From Methanobacteriota archaeon (GTDB lineage: Archaea; Halobacteriota; Bog-38; Methanoflorentales; Methanoflorentaceae), in contig OY970393.1 of the NCBI GenBank assembly GCA_963720465.1, forward strand, positions 768,001 through 832,000: a stretch of 64,000 nt of DNA. Reading direction: 5' to 3'. The translations under genes and the position numbers were made by a program. A model generated the notes under the pieces. That model made no database searches and was not told where the DNA came from. It worked only from the letters and a program-made list of their open reading frames with translations. This document shows positions 22,774-34,189 of the stretch, piece after piece. Every line of letters starts with the position of its first letter. Position 1 is the stretch's first letter.

Positions 22774-23701
22774 ATGGGAAAGATCTGCGACGATCTCACC
22801 AAGACCGTTGGCAATACGCCTCTGGTCAGATTGAATAGAGTTACTAAGGGCCTGGATGCAACTGTCGTTGCCAAGGTTGATACTTCAACCCCCTAGGAAG
22901 CGTCAAAGACCGAATAGGCGTGGCCATGATCGAAGCAGCCGAGAAAGAGGGCATATTAGAGATGACACCATTATCTTGGAGCCGACGAGTGGAAGTACCG
23001 GCATAGCTCTAGCCTTCGTCTGCGCTGCTAAGTGCTACAAGCTAGTTCTGGTTATGCCTGAGACGATGTCGATCGAACGGCGCAAGCTTCTCAAAGCGCT
23101 GGGGGCGGACTTGGTGCTGACTCCGGGCCCCTTAGGAATGAAAGGGACAATTGCGACTGCAGAAGATATGCTGGCCAAGAACCCGAGCTACTATTACCTT
23201 CTCCAACAGTTTAGGAGTCCTTCCAATCCAGAGATTCACAAGAAGACTACTGCCGAGGAAATATGGCGCGATACGGACGGCAAGGTCGACATAGTAGTGG
23301 CAGGTGTGGGCACGGGCGGAACGATCACGGGCATTGCTGATATGATAAAGTCCCGCAAGAGCGGCTTTAAAGCTATTGCCGTCGAGCCTGCCGCGTCCCC
23401 TGTTCTGGAGGGCGGAACGCCAGGACCTCACAAGATACAGGGAATCGGTGCAGGCTTTATTCCGGATGTTCTGCGGCTAGATCTGATTGATGAGGCCATC
23501 CCGGTAACAAATGGAGATGCCTTCGCTACATCCCGCAGACTGGCCAACGAGGAAGGATTAGTCATAGGAATATCGTATGGGGCCGCAACCTAGGCTGCTT
23601 TGAAGGTAGCCGCAAGACCTGAAAACAAAGGTAAGCTGATAGTGGTAATACTTCCCGATACTGGCGAGCGATATCTCAGCACAGAGCTCTTCGAGATTTA
23701 A
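22774..23701 (+). pseudogene. cysK: cysteine synthase A, frameshifted with an internal stop
   Basis: [44 protein letters not shown]; frameshift near 22880-22900 and TAG at 23591-23593. Confidence 0.92.
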
Positions 23702-23715
23702 GAGGTGGCCGGAAG

Positions 23716-23797
23716 ATAAACATTAGAGAGGATATCCAGACGGTTTGCTAAAGATCCTACTGCCAAAACCACTTTAGAGGTTATCACTTGCTATCCG
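23716..23797 (+). pseudogene. cysE: 5' remnant of serine O-acetyltransferase
   Basis: NIREDIQTV-AKDPTAKTTLEVITCYP directly after cysK, then truncated. Confidence 0.75.
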
Positions 23798-23974
23798 CCT
23801 GCAAAAGCAACACGTAAAGCAAAGATCGAATGCCCTACAGATAAGAGTCTAGCTCCGCACTATGCAGCGATGCTTCTATGATCAGCCTACGGAGGGCTGT
23901 GCTTTCCGCCTACTGTATCAACTTGCCGCCTTAGCAACTCTTCTTGTGTTGTGAGCTTCTTTTTACACGCGTCT

Positions 23975-24718
23975 TTAAAACAATACGTTTACCGGAATCC
24001 CCTCCCTCTCGAAACCTCTCTTCAACTCGTCGCCCTTTTCAGCAAAGAACCGATCCTCGATAGCCCACTCCAGGTTGTTTTCCCGGTAGATGCGGTTTGC
24101 ATAGTGATAGTTCAGCCGGTCCACCAGGACGAAATCAACGGCACCCGCAAGTTCGCGAGGCAGCCTTTCAGCTCCGGGCAGGAGCGGAGCGATCATGACA
24201 AAAGTCTTGATCCCTTCGGCATGAAGCGATTTCAGGGCATTGATCCGTTCCTTGATCATCGAGGCCCCTGGTTCAAAGATCCGTCGGATCTTTTCCTCAG
24301 CCGTAGTTATGGAAAAGCCGACCTCCACTTTCCTAGATGTTTTAAGGATGTCGATATCTCGCAGCACGAGAGTGGACTTAGTCTGAATCGTTACCGGCCA
24401 ATCGCTCCCCAAAAGGATTTCAAGACATTTCCGGGTCAGCAGGTACTTCTTCTCTGCAGGTTGATACGGATCGCATACACCGCTTACCCAGACCCTCCCC
24501 ATTGGCTTCCTTGTTATTTCCTTCGCTAACAGCTCCGGAGCATTGATCTTGACGTCAACAAACTCGCCCCACGGTTCCCGGTGACCGGTGAACCGCTTCA
24601 TGAACGCAGCGTAACAATATCTGCAGGCATGGCTACATCCCCTATATGGGTTCATGGCGTAATCATAGACCTGGGATTTCGAAAGGACGGATTTTGCAGA
24701 TATTTCTTGGATCTTCAT
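23975..24718 (-). CDS. radical SAM protein (SplB/Rv2578c-like DNA repair family)
   Basis: NPYRGCSHACRYCYA, DPYQPAE, TKSTLVLRD, FEPGAS. Confidence 0.9.
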   Translation of the reverse strand: MKIQEISAKSVLSKSQVYDYAMNPYRGCSHACRYCYAAFMKRFTGHREPWGEFVDVKINAPELLAKEITRKPMGRVWVSGVCDPYQPAEKKYLLTRKCLEILLGSDWPVTIQTKSTLVLRDIDILKTSRKVEVGFSITTAEEKIRRIFEPGASMIKERINALKSLHAEGIKTFVMIAPLLPGAERLPRELAGAVDFVLVDRLNYHYANRIYRENNLEWAIEDRFFAEKGDELKRGFEREGIPVNVLF

Positions 24719-25154
24719 TCGATCTCATCATATTTAGCGCGGGATTCGCACTACCGTGTTTGTCGGAGAAGTCGTTGCGACACGCAGTGAGCCGCAAAAG
24801 GCGGAGTACCTGTATGTCACGTCGAATTACAAAATATTTAGCTTGGAGGGCGCAGAAGTCCCTTTGGGCGATCACAAGCAGTAACCTAAGGCACGGGCGA
24901 TGTTAAGTTGGCAGGAACGGTTCCTACAGCCAGAAGACGAGGACGAAGTCAGCTCAGAGATCTAGCTTCGTGGACCGAGATGGGAACATCCATTCGCGTG
25001 AGTTCCTTTCGGAAGATCGGTCGCTGTGTCGAATTGAGCCTTCAAAGCGTTCAGTGTTAATAGGTCGGTCCCAGCCTCAACAGGAGGACTATAACCTAAT
25101 AAAAGCTTGTTCGCGAAAAAAGGAGGAACGCCTACCCTTTCAGTACACCTTTAT

Positions 25155-25295
25155 TCAGGTCCACTCGTGGCCTTTTTCACACCTGTGCTTCCCTTCGTGC
25201 TTTGCGTCTTCGTGCGAGCACACAATCTCGCCACCACACTCAGGGCACGTGACAGTGCACTTAATGATTTCATTTTGCTCGTCATCCTCTGCCAT
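25155..25295 (-). CDS. small zinc-finger protein (46 aa)
   Basis: MAEDDEQNEIIKCTVTCPECGGEIVCSHEDAKHEGKHRCEKGHEWT*; GAGGTG RBS and TTTATA box. Confidence 0.7.
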   Translation of the reverse strand: MAEDDEQNEIIKCTVTCPECGGEIVCSHEDAKHEGKHRCEKGHEWT

Positions 25296-25585
25296 TGTTC
25301 CACCTCTTGGACTACTAATTAAAGCGTAGTAGAGTATAAAGTAGTGTGGTAAATTCAGCTACCCTTGGCGGTAATCAGCAGGTACCCCCATCTTTCTGTT
25401 ACATTATACCGAGGCACTGTCGACTCGAAGTGAACCCAGATGGGTGCATTATCTAACTCAGGATGCGCTGCAAAAAAAGCCGAGCACGTGCCCGCAAATG
25501 TGTCAGGTGGATTCTCAGAGACCCACAGCAGCGTTTCAATGCTTACGGCAATAGCGATTTAAGTCTAAAAAAGGAGTTTAGCATA

Positions 25586-26113
25586 ATGAATTTTAGAGTG
25601 AGACGATGCTTAACGCTTCTTTTCTTTGTTTTTCTTATTGTAGTGAGTGCTTTAGTTAACGCACAAATAGGGATAGGCGTTTCACCAGCCCGTATTGATT
25701 TCGGCACGGTCGTACGTGGAGGTAGTGTAGAGCGAGACGTGATACTCTACAACACCGGCGGCAATTCGACGCTCGCTTATTCTATCAACTTCACGAATGT
25801 TACGAATACGAGCGGACAGCTAAGCGCGAGCCCAGCAAGCTTGACAATCGCTCCAAACTCAAACGTAACGGTGGCCGTGAGGCTTGACGTACCGAGCGAC
25901 GCCAAGGACGGCAATTTTAGCTCAAGCATGCTCATTAATACGTCGTCGGCGGTGCGCCCAGCGCTACGTGCTAACATCACTTACACAGTCCAAGGTAACG
26001 CACCTGCACAAACAGAGCAAGGCGTAGACGTGCCTCTCGTTGCTGGGGCTCTTGGAGTCTTTGCGCTCGTGGCTATTGGAGCGGTTTATGTTATCTTACT
26101 AAGGGGAAAATGA
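25586..26113 (+). CDS. secreted Ig-like domain protein with C-terminal membrane anchor
   Basis: Signal peptide, GIGVSPARIDFG, many N-x-S/T sequons, TM helix plus RGK. Confidence 0.8.
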   Translation: MNFRVRRCLTLLFFVFLIVVSALVNAQIGIGVSPARIDFGTVVRGGSVERDVILYNTGGNSTLAYSINFTNVTNTSGQLSASPASLTIAPNSNVTVAVRLDVPSDAKDGNFSSSMLINTSSAVRPALRANITYTVQGNAPAQTEQGVDVPLVAGALGVFALVAIGAVYVILLRGK

Positions 26114-26454
26114 AGACCAGCACTCATACCGATATTGAAACGACACGCGAGGCTATTGCTGACGGTGAGATACAGCAACATTTGAGTAGAGCATGCGTAA
26201 GGTGAACCGCTTGAGATGCTTCACGAAACAGAGTATATCGCCATTCACTTAGCACAAATCGTAATACTTTGACGTCATCCGACTGAATTCAGAAAAGCAA
26301 AAAAGCAAAAACGCCGGAGCGGCCATAATCATTTCACAAAATGATGATAGCAGCATGATCTTAACGACGTCGAAAGCGCCAAATGTATAAAGTCCGCCGC
26401 ATACAATAACAGTCGGTACACGCTGAGCTAGGCGGTTAAGGAGGCGCTCTGTTT

Positions 26455-26598
26455 ATGACGGCTATGATACCGCAATGTTATTTCTGTAAGCTCCACGAAC
26501 AAGGTATAAAATGCGCCAAATACGACCAAATCGCCCCCGAAATATTGGTTAATCAAAGGAACTGCCCGTTCAAAGAAGATACCGACCCGAATGGGTAA
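26455..26598 (+). CDS. small CxxC protein, virus-like (47 aa)
   Basis: MTAMIPQCYFCKLHEQGIKCAKYDQIAPEILVNQRNCPFKEDTDPNG*; AAGGAGG RBS; next ATG 3 bp after the stop. Confidence 0.6.
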   Translation: MTAMIPQCYFCKLHEQGIKCAKYDQIAPEILVNQRNCPFKEDTDPNG

Positions 26599-26926
26599 AC
26601 GATGACCGACAACGATAATAACCGATTATAGCGGTTATTATAACAAACTATGGAAAGAGGGCGTAATTGAAACGCCGTTTTATAAAACGGCGAATGAGCG
26701 GTATAACGACGTATATGTTGGCGTTACTCGACAAGCCGCAAAGCAATATAAGAACACGATTGTGCGGAGGCTCACGAGTTCGCATCATGGTTTTTTGACA
26801 TTACCCTCATCATCTGGGCGATTATAAGGTTGTACGAACAGTTCAGATGGGATATGACCTCCAAAACCATGGCCCCGTTGGAACTTCCGATGGGTCCTAG
26901 TTTGCATGGGCTCAAACCTTATTGGA

Positions 26927-27757
26927 TTAATGATTAATTACCTGTAGCCATTTTGGGTATTTTTGTGCCCACAATAGCTCGAAAGTAGAGGTGAGATACC
27001 CGGCGTAAGCTCGGTCATCAATCCAAAGCACAGTAAGGGGGTTGCCTCGCGAGACTAGTCGGACGTCGCCGTTAATAACGCTAAAACAGGTCTTTGTATT
27101 TGATACTGCAAAAGATAGCCCGTGGTAGTGATCTAAGTAGCGCATATCTGCACCTATGTCCAGGAATTCCTGTACTGGTTCTACCGGTTCGATCCCAGTA
27201 CACGGCGCATCTTTACACGAAATATCTGCGATACCCCGTATGTAGACGCCACGTGCCGCGACTTCTTTCCATGCTTCAGTCGCGCCGCCAAATAAAGATA
27301 GCACCCTTGCAGGAAAGACAAAGACGCCCTCGTCCTTTATTGAGCCCGCACTAGACAGAGACGTGGCTACAAGTTCTTTCAAGTTTTTAATGATGTTGAA
27401 TGTGGCAACTTCCTCAACGGGGGGAAACCGCTGCTGCTTTGAAAGCTCATGCAGCTCCTGCTTTCGCGCCTCCATCTCACGCAGTTCGCTCTCACGCTTC
27501 TTTAGCGGAGTCGAGCGCCGCGTCGAGGTCGACAGCAGTGTAAATTGTGGGTGAATCAAGCGACGGACGCACCATGACCTTCTCGATGAGGCTAATGAGT
27601 GTCCGACGCGCATCCTCTCGGTACGTCTTCAACGACTTAGCGAGAGGGGATGGGGTTTTAGGCCCGTACTTGAGCAAATGGAGGTAGAGCTGTGCCTCTT
27701 TTTCGCTAAGCCCAAAATCAATCAAGCGGCGGTGAATTCGTCATCAGTGGTCGTCAT
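26927..27757 (-). pseudogene. TrmB-family transcriptional regulator, frameshifted
   Basis: DFGLSEKEAQLYLHLLKYGP HTH followed by a PLD-like effector domain in another frame. Confidence 0.85.
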
Positions 27758-27930
27758 TGATCACAATGTAAGTGTGTAAAACACAGATATAGGTTAGCTT
27801 AACGAAGGGTGGTCAAGCACGCAATGTTGAGCGTTACGGGGGGGGCAATCCACTGCGTCAGTAACACTGAGCCCTATCCTTAAACGTGGTCGGATCTTAC
27901 TGTGCGGGTCTTCTCGCCTTCCCGTTGTCC

Positions 27931-30030
27931 CTAAGTTGCGAGCTTAAGTAACCGCGAGTTGACCGCGACGATAACAGTGCTTGCTGACATAAGCACCGCA
28001 CCTGCAGCTGGCGTCAGTATGATGCCAAAGGGATAGAGGATACCCGCCGCGAGCGGTATAGCAACGGCGTTGTAGCCAGTCGCCCACCCAAGGTTTTGCA
28101 CCATCTTCCGATACGTGCTGCGCGCCAACCTCACAATAGCGACGACATCGAGGGGCGTGTTCCGCACGAGGATGACGTCACCTGCCTCTACCGCCACATC
28201 TGTGCCCGCCCCGATCGCAATGCCCACATCAGCCTGCGCGATCGCAGGAGCGTCGTTGATGCCATCACCGACCATGGCGACAACGAGACCGCGGGACTGC
28301 ACTTCCTTTACTTTCACCACCTTGTCCTGCGGCAGAACCTCGGCAAAGTACTCGTCAAGCCCCACCTCATCTGCCACCCACTGCGCCACCTGCCGGTTGT
28401 CGCCAGTGAGCATCAGGCTGCGTATACCCATCTCGTTGAGCGCAGCAATCGCCTGCTTCGATTCAGGGCGAATTATGTCGGCAAGGGCAATGGCGCCGGC
28501 TACTACCTCATCGATGACCACGAACACCACTGTTTTGCCCTGGGCAGTTAGTCGCTCAATTCGCTCATCGGTGACCGTGAGACCCTGCTCCTTCAGGTAT
28601 CCTGGACTGACAACCCGTACCGGCTTGCCATCAACTGTACCTTGAACGCCTTTTCCCGGCAGCGCCTTGAACGCTTCAACCTCCAGGGATGCCGCCGGTT
28701 GTGCTGACGCAGCTACTCCCTGGGCGATCGGGTGCTCAGAGCGTTCTTCAAGCGCTGCAGCATACGACAAAAGGGCGTTCTCGTCTGTGTCACCGGTGAA
28801 GGTAACGACATCCGTCACGCCAAAGCGTCCTTCTGTCAGCGTTCCTGTCTTGTCAAAAATGACGGCCTGCACATTTCTCGCTTGCTCGAATGCGGCACGA
28901 TTTCTAACGAGGAGCCCGTTTTGGGCTCCAAGAGCTGTCGAAATAGCGACGACCAACGGTATGGCAAGCCCCAACGCGTGCGGACACGTAATCACCATCA
29001 CCGTCACCGCGCGCTCAAGACCAAAGTCGACGCTCGTTTTGATGAGCAGCTCCCACACGAGAAACGTGAGCCCTCCGCCGACAAGAGCGATAATGACGAG
29101 TGCCAGCGCCGCACGGTCAGCCAAGTCCTGCGTCCGCGACTTGCTCTCCTGTGCCTGCTTCACGAGATCGATAACCTGTGAGAGGAACGAATCTTTGCCC
29201 GTCTTCTCGACCTCCACCGTGATGGCACCTTCCCCGTTGATAGCCCCCCCGATGACTGTTGCACCGGCCTTTTTAGTCACCGGCGTTGACTCCCCGGTGA
29301 GCATCGATTCGTTTACCAAGGTCGCGCCATCAACGACCTCGCCGTCAGCAGGAACCTTCTCGCCTGGCTTCACGCGGACGTAATCCCCAACGATGAGTGA
29401 GTCCAAAGGAACGTCGCGCACGCTTCCGTCGGGAAGCAGTTTGTGGGCGTCAGAGGGCATGATCTTCGCCAGCTCTTCAAGCGCGTTCGACGCCCCCAGA
29501 ATAGAACGCATTTCGATCCAATGACCGAGGAGCATGATGTCAATTAGGGTGCTGAGCTCCCAAAAGAGCACACCGCCACTTAGCCCGAACGTGATCGCCG
29601 TGCTGTAGAGGTACGCCGTGGTGATGGCGACAGCGATGAGCGTCATCATGCCAGGGAGTCGCGCCCGCAGCTCGTTGACAATCCCCTTCAGGAAGGGATA
29701 GCCGCCGTAAACGTACACAAACGATGCTAAAATGAAGAGAACGTATTGATCGCCGGGGAAGCGGAGCGCTCCATTGAGGCCTGCAAACGATTGAATTGAG
29801 GGGGACAGGAGCAGGATTGGTATGGTGACGATGAGCGACACCCAGAACCGTCGTCGGAAATCGGCTACGTCGTGACCCGCGTGGCGAGAGTACGTCGGTG
29901 CCCCTTTTTCCGGTGCTGGGTGCGATGGGCCGGCATGGGCACCGTGCTCTGCGTGGTTATGCCCTGCCGCGTGCATCGCTTCTTGCATTCCGTAGTCTTC
30001 GTGTCCTTGGTGGGGATGCTTACCGTTCAT
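27931..30030 (-). CDS. copB: copper-translocating P1B-3 type ATPase
   Basis: His-rich N-terminus, CPH motif, DKTGT, TGES, GDGINDAP, YN and MSAST. Confidence 0.95.
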   Translation of the reverse strand: MNGKHPHQGHEDYGMQEAMHAAGHNHAEHGAHAGPSHPAPEKGAPTYSRHAGHDVADFRRRFWVSLIVTIPILLLSPSIQSFAGLNGALRFPGDQYVLFILASFVYVYGGYPFLKGIVNELRARLPGMMTLIAVAITTAYLYSTAITFGLSGGVLFWELSTLIDIMLLGHWIEMRSILGASNALEELAKIMPSDAHKLLPDGSVRDVPLDSLIVGDYVRVKPGEKVPADGEVVDGATLVNESMLTGESTPVTKKAGATVIGGAINGEGAITVEVEKTGKDSFLSQVIDLVKQAQESKSRTQDLADRAALALVIIALVGGGLTFLVWELLIKTSVDFGLERAVTVMVITCPHALGLAIPLVVAISTALGAQNGLLVRNRAAFEQARNVQAVIFDKTGTLTEGRFGVTDVVTFTGDTDENALLSYAAALEERSEHPIAQGVAASAQPAASLEVEAFKALPGKGVQGTVDGKPVRVVSPGYLKEQGLTVTDERIERLTAQGKTVVFVVIDEVVAGAIALADIIRPESKQAIAALNEMGIRSLMLTGDNRQVAQWVADEVGLDEYFAEVLPQDKVVKVKEVQSRGLVVAMVGDGINDAPAIAQADVGIAIGAGTDVAVEAGDVILVRNTPLDVVAIVRLARSTYRKMVQNLGWATGYNAVAIPLAAGILYPFGIILTPAAGAVLMSASTVIVAVNSRLLKLAT

Positions 30031-30286
30031 CGTCAGCTTCAGATCGCCTGCTTTTTTAATCGTCAGACGTTACATAGTTTCCCCTGTCTTAGCTCTGAGA
30101 CAAAGCGAGAGACCGGACCACTGAGCAAGTATTTATTGTGGCCGGCGTCTACCTGTGGGGGGCACTTTGGCGCGGTCGCTACCGGAGCGCCTGACGATCA
30201 GGCGTCGCAGGAGCGCAGGGGTTTGGCAAAAAAAGTGGTAACGCTCGCCATGAAATTGCAAAGCGGGTAGCGCGCGTTAAGAGGCT

Positions 30287-31063
30287 TTACCCGAACCAGC
30301 GAAGGAGTGGAAGAAAAACCCATTCCCATCCGGGAGCGACGTACCTGCGCCTGGGCCACCGGGATTCCACAGCTTTCACCACTTGTCTTGCGATGCTCCA
30401 CGTGCTTGGTAACTCGAGCTTCATGACCCACTCCCCCTTGCGGCGAACATACGTCATGTGATCTTTGTACAGGCTCTTTGCGCCCATCCACTCGTATTTC
30501 TGCGACATGAAGCGCTCATTGAAGCCTGTCTTGTACACCCCAGGGTTGACGATGATGACTTTGATGCCAAAGGGTTTCAACTCCGTTCGTAACGAGGACG
30601 CAATGCTCTCGAGTGCGAATTTGGTGATCCCATAGGGCGCGTAAAAGGGCGTGGGAGTAAGCCCTGCCATTGAGCCCATAAATATAACCCTCCCCTCGCC
30701 CTTTGCGATGAGCTTCGGCACGACTCTTTGTGTTAACCGTAACACTGAAAACACGTTGGTCTCACAGACGGCCTTAACTCTTTCAAGATCTATTTCTACT
30801 AAAGGCCCTGAATCGCCGATCGCTGCATTGTTGATTAGGACGTCAATATCCCAGTTATCTACTTTGTTGACGTCGCTCGATTTCGTTATATCAAGTGTGT
30901 CTACTATGAAGTTCTCGCCACACGACTGCAAGGCGGTTCGCACGTCATTGACCGAGATCTCACGGTGAACGGTTGCATACACCGTGTGTCCTCTTTTCAG
31001 GAGCCGGCAGGCCACATCGAGCCCTATGCCGCCCCTGCAGCCTGTTATGAGAATGCTTGCCAT
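30287..31063 (-). CDS. short-chain dehydrogenase/reductase
   Basis: TGCRGGIG, NNAAI, YGITK. Confidence 0.93.
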   Translation of the reverse strand: MASILITGCRGGIGLDVACRLLKRGHTVYATVHREISVNDVRTALQSCGENFIVDTLDITKSSDVNKVDNWDIDVLINNAAIGDSGPLVEIDLERVKAVCETNVFSVLRLTQRVVPKLIAKGEGRVIFMGSMAGLTPTPFYAPYGITKFALESIASSLRTELKPFGIKVIIVNPGVYKTGFNERFMSQKYEWMGAKSLYKDHMTYVRRKGEWVMKLELPSTWSIARQVVKAVESRWPRRRYVAPGWEWVFLPLLRWFG

Positions 31064-31373
31064 GCGACACGGATCGCCTCTCTGGTACTATTTTCACGGC
31101 ATGTATAAAGCTACGTCGCACCCAGTAATGCTCGCGCAAATTTGCGCTCGGTAGACGACTGATCGGTTGTGGTGCGAGCTTAGTCTATTTTCGGCTGTGC
31201 GCGTACCCAGATTTCCCGCTAAACATCGTGCCGTTCGCGGAGTTTATTCTTCAATTGCGCTTGGAGAGAACAAGCGCCAACTAGGACAAACGCCGTTCCC
31301 TACGCGAATGCATCGATTTGTCGCTCGTTCCGCGCGCAGATCTTTCATTTCTTGAACTCCAAACTCCAAGACC

Positions 31374-31763
31374 ATGAAAACCAAAACCCTTCACCAATCG
31401 GTTTTACTGAAAGCAACGCCTCACGAGGTCTACGAGGCCCTAATGGATTCTAAGAAGCACACAGCGTTTACTCATTCCCCAGCGGTTATACGTAGGGAAG
31501 TTGGAGCTGAGTTCAGTGCCTTCGACGGCTGGGCCTCTGGAACGACCATTGAACTGATTCCAGACAAGAAGATCGTGCAAAAATGGCGAGCCTCTGACTG
31601 GCCCCCAGGTCATTATTCCACGGTGACGTTCGAGCTGCAGGCGGAAGGTCATGACACCAGATTAGATTTTACCCAGGCCGGTATCGCTGAAGATCTTTAT
31701 CCAGATCTCAAAGCTGGGTGGGTCGAATACTATTGGGACAACCTAGCGGCTTATTTTGGCTAA
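31374..31763 (+). CDS. SRPBCC (Aha1-like) domain protein
   Basis: ATPHEVYEALMD, KKIVQKWRASDW, GWVEYYWDNL. Confidence 0.9.
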   Translation: MKTKTLHQSVLLKATPHEVYEALMDSKKHTAFTHSPAVIRREVGAEFSAFDGWASGTTIELIPDKKIVQKWRASDWPPGHYSTVTFELQAEGHDTRLDFTQAGIAEDLYPDLKAGWVEYYWDNLAAYFG

Positions 31764-31855
31764 CACATTGAAACTGCGGCCACGCTCCGTTGCAGCAGAG
31801 TACTGCTCCTTATCCAACAAGTCGAAAATACCTCGTGCCTCGGAAGCGCTTCTTC

Positions 31856-33079
31856 CTAACTCCGCGCCAATATGCCTCGCGTTGAATAGAGATAAACAGT
31901 AGGTGCTAAGTTAGCGAAAATGAGCGTGAGAGCAGCTCCGGAAATACCGATCAAGGGAATCAAAACCACGTCTAGGCTGATGAGCACTGCCAGCGCAAGA
32001 ACGCTGCTTATGGTAACCACTTTCGCCCCACTCGTGCCAACGGAGCCTGCGAGCGAAGCGTAGGACTCATCGACTACCACGATCACTGCCGCGATTGCAA
32101 AAAAGAACGCAATCTGCCAGCTGAAGGGGTAGCGACTTCCATAAAAAATGAATGCGACAAACTCCAAAAAAACTATTGAGGGCACAAGCGCGACGGCCAA
32201 GTACGGCACTGCCCTATTTATCTTGCGAAAGAGCGCCTCCCTATCGCTGCTCTTTGACGCATAGGGAAAGAAGCTTGTGTTAAAAATACCCCACAGCATG
32301 AGGGCTACGGTTATGGACGGCAGGAAGTACGCGTTGTAGATGCCGACGTTCGCTGTCGTCGTGAATGCATTGATCAGCAATCTGTCGACGCCCAGAAATG
32401 CGGCTGCGAAAGCACCGGGAGCAGCGAAGAGCGAGTAGTTGATTATTTTCTTCGCCCAAAACCGGTCAAATTGAAGCCTCAGGTAGGTGCGAAGGTACAC
32501 GACCAAGATGAGGCCAATGACCGCGTACGAGACATACGATGAGTACGCAGCTACCTGCCACGACCTCATATCGTCGCTCACAAGTGTGAGAAACACGGCG
32601 AGCAATATGACTGATTGAAAAGCATTAGCAAGGGCGTATGCCTTCATTCTTGATAGGATTCTGAGAGGGCTCATCATGAGCGCAAAAAACGCAGAGATAA
32701 CGGCGTACGCGATCGAGAAGAGGAATAGTGCCGAAGAAATCCCGAACAGCCGGGATAATTGCGGGGTGAGTAGAACGTAGATGGCCGTGAGAGCGGCAGT
32801 GAGCAATGCGATTTGAATGCTGGAAGTGGAGATGATTCGAACCCGAATGGCATCGTTTTGCGCCCCTGAAGCGTATTTTATCATCGGCGCCATACTTAGC
32901 CCCATAAGCACGGCGAGGATAACACTCACCGTCACGATGATGCTGAAGCTGCCGAACTCGCCTGGGCCCAGTGCGCGTGCCGCTACAATGCTGAATACAA
33001 GCGTCACTAGTGCTCCGGCAAGCGTGCCGACCGCCACCTGCGAGGTGCTCACGAAGAACCTTTGAGCTTCGCGGCCCAT
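31856..33079 (-). CDS. oligosaccharide flippase (Wzx/MATE-like)
   Basis: About 12 TM helices; ARALGPGEFG, VDRLLI..VGIY, LIPLIGISGAA. Confidence 0.88.
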   Translation of the reverse strand: MGREAQRFFVSTSQVAVGTLAGALVTLVFSIVAARALGPGEFGSFSIIVTVSVILAVLMGLSMAPMIKYASGAQNDAIRVRIISTSSIQIALLTAALTAIYVLLTPQLSRLFGISSALFLFSIAYAVISAFFALMMSPLRILSRMKAYALANAFQSVILLAVFLTLVSDDMRSWQVAAYSSYVSYAVIGLILVVYLRTYLRLQFDRFWAKKIINYSLFAAPGAFAAAFLGVDRLLINAFTTTANVGIYNAYFLPSITVALMLWGIFNTSFFPYASKSSDREALFRKINRAVPYLAVALVPSIVFLEFVAFIFYGSRYPFSWQIAFFFAIAAVIVVVDESYASLAGSVGTSGAKVVTISSVLALAVLISLDVVLIPLIGISGAALTLIFANLAPTVYLYSTRGILARS

Positions 33080-33423
33080 CTCTTCCTTGAAGATAAGTCC
33101 GTAGGGCGCGCTGAGCAGACGATAGCCGAATTGCCTAAGGTTTGCCACGAGTGGAACCGAGACAGAATTGGCTTTGTTTGGTATATAATTTGAGCAGCAT
33201 CGACTCTTCAAGACTAGCAAACACTATTATTTGACATGGGCAATCTCGTCAAAGTAGCCTCTCTCGTGCATGCCCTCCCATTCTCCCGCGTGCCAGCGCA
33301 TTCGTCTGACGGCTAGAATCTTTATCTGTTGCCCTTCACGATCACTGCAACGCTCGCTCATGTCCGTGCCGCATAGCGAATAACTGGACGCACGCTGCCT
33401 TCTGCATTACAATGCGTTAGTGC

Positions 33424-33812
33424 CTAGATCACGTGCAGCCCGAGAGAGAAGACCCCTGGGTATTCGAGCGTACCCGTTATGAAGAGACAATCGCCCTTGC
33501 TGGGGACGCCGGAAGCGATGAACGCAGCACCCAAGTAGCCAGACCGGGCGTATTGGAGCAAGTATGTCGCGCCGGGCATCATCCCGTGGTCATAGCAGAC
33601 GCACACGAAGTGACCGTTATAGGTGTCAACGATTATTATGCCGCCGACTTTGCCATCTGGAGCGATAACGGTGAAAATGGAAATGGGCGATTTGCTTGCC
33701 TGCACTCTTTTGGGGCGACCGGCACAGCACCCGCAGGGATCGCACCAACGGTGGTTACCAGCAGTAGACACACGATGCCTGCCAGTGCTGCGGTTCTCAT
33801 CTTAATTCTCAT
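33424..33812 (-). pseudogene. frameshifted secreted protein
   Basis: Signal peptide MRIKMRTAALAGIVCLLLVTTVGA in one frame, beta-rich body in the next. Confidence 0.5.
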
Positions 33813-34189
33813 ATGCTTGCATCTCCGTTCGTCGTTTTTGAAACCGATTAGTGTAGGCTGTTATCAGATAAAGATTGCCCTTTTTGAAGCGCCTTATGTA
33901 CAGTGCCGAACGCGGGAGATTCAGCGTGAATCGCAATGGCTATGTTTAACGATTGTTCGGCAGTGCGTGTAACGATTTGCCGGTCTAAAAACTGACAGCG
34001 ACAGGCAAAGCGCAAATTGGTGAGGGATAATTTTGATGAGCAAGGTTGTGCGCGTTCTGCGTGCCGCTCCCCGATTCTGGTTCTAATCCCAGGGTCGCTA
34101 ACTCGACGATGTCAACGTTGATGCTCGTTCTTCCTTCTAGCAGGTGAAGGAAACGAGCACGCAAAACCAATGTGAGTATCTCGCAACGC

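Noticed and set aside
26105-26181. Possible further CRISPR repeat (CACT..ATTGAAAC) and nearby AGCAACAT
   Set aside because: Only 19/37 identity to the family consensus, it overlaps a gene's stop codon, and it has no leader.
26735-26750. GCCGCAAAGCAATATA resembling a repeat 5' end
   Set aside because: A 12/16 match is expected by chance in 64 kb, and it lies within a reading frame (AAKQY).
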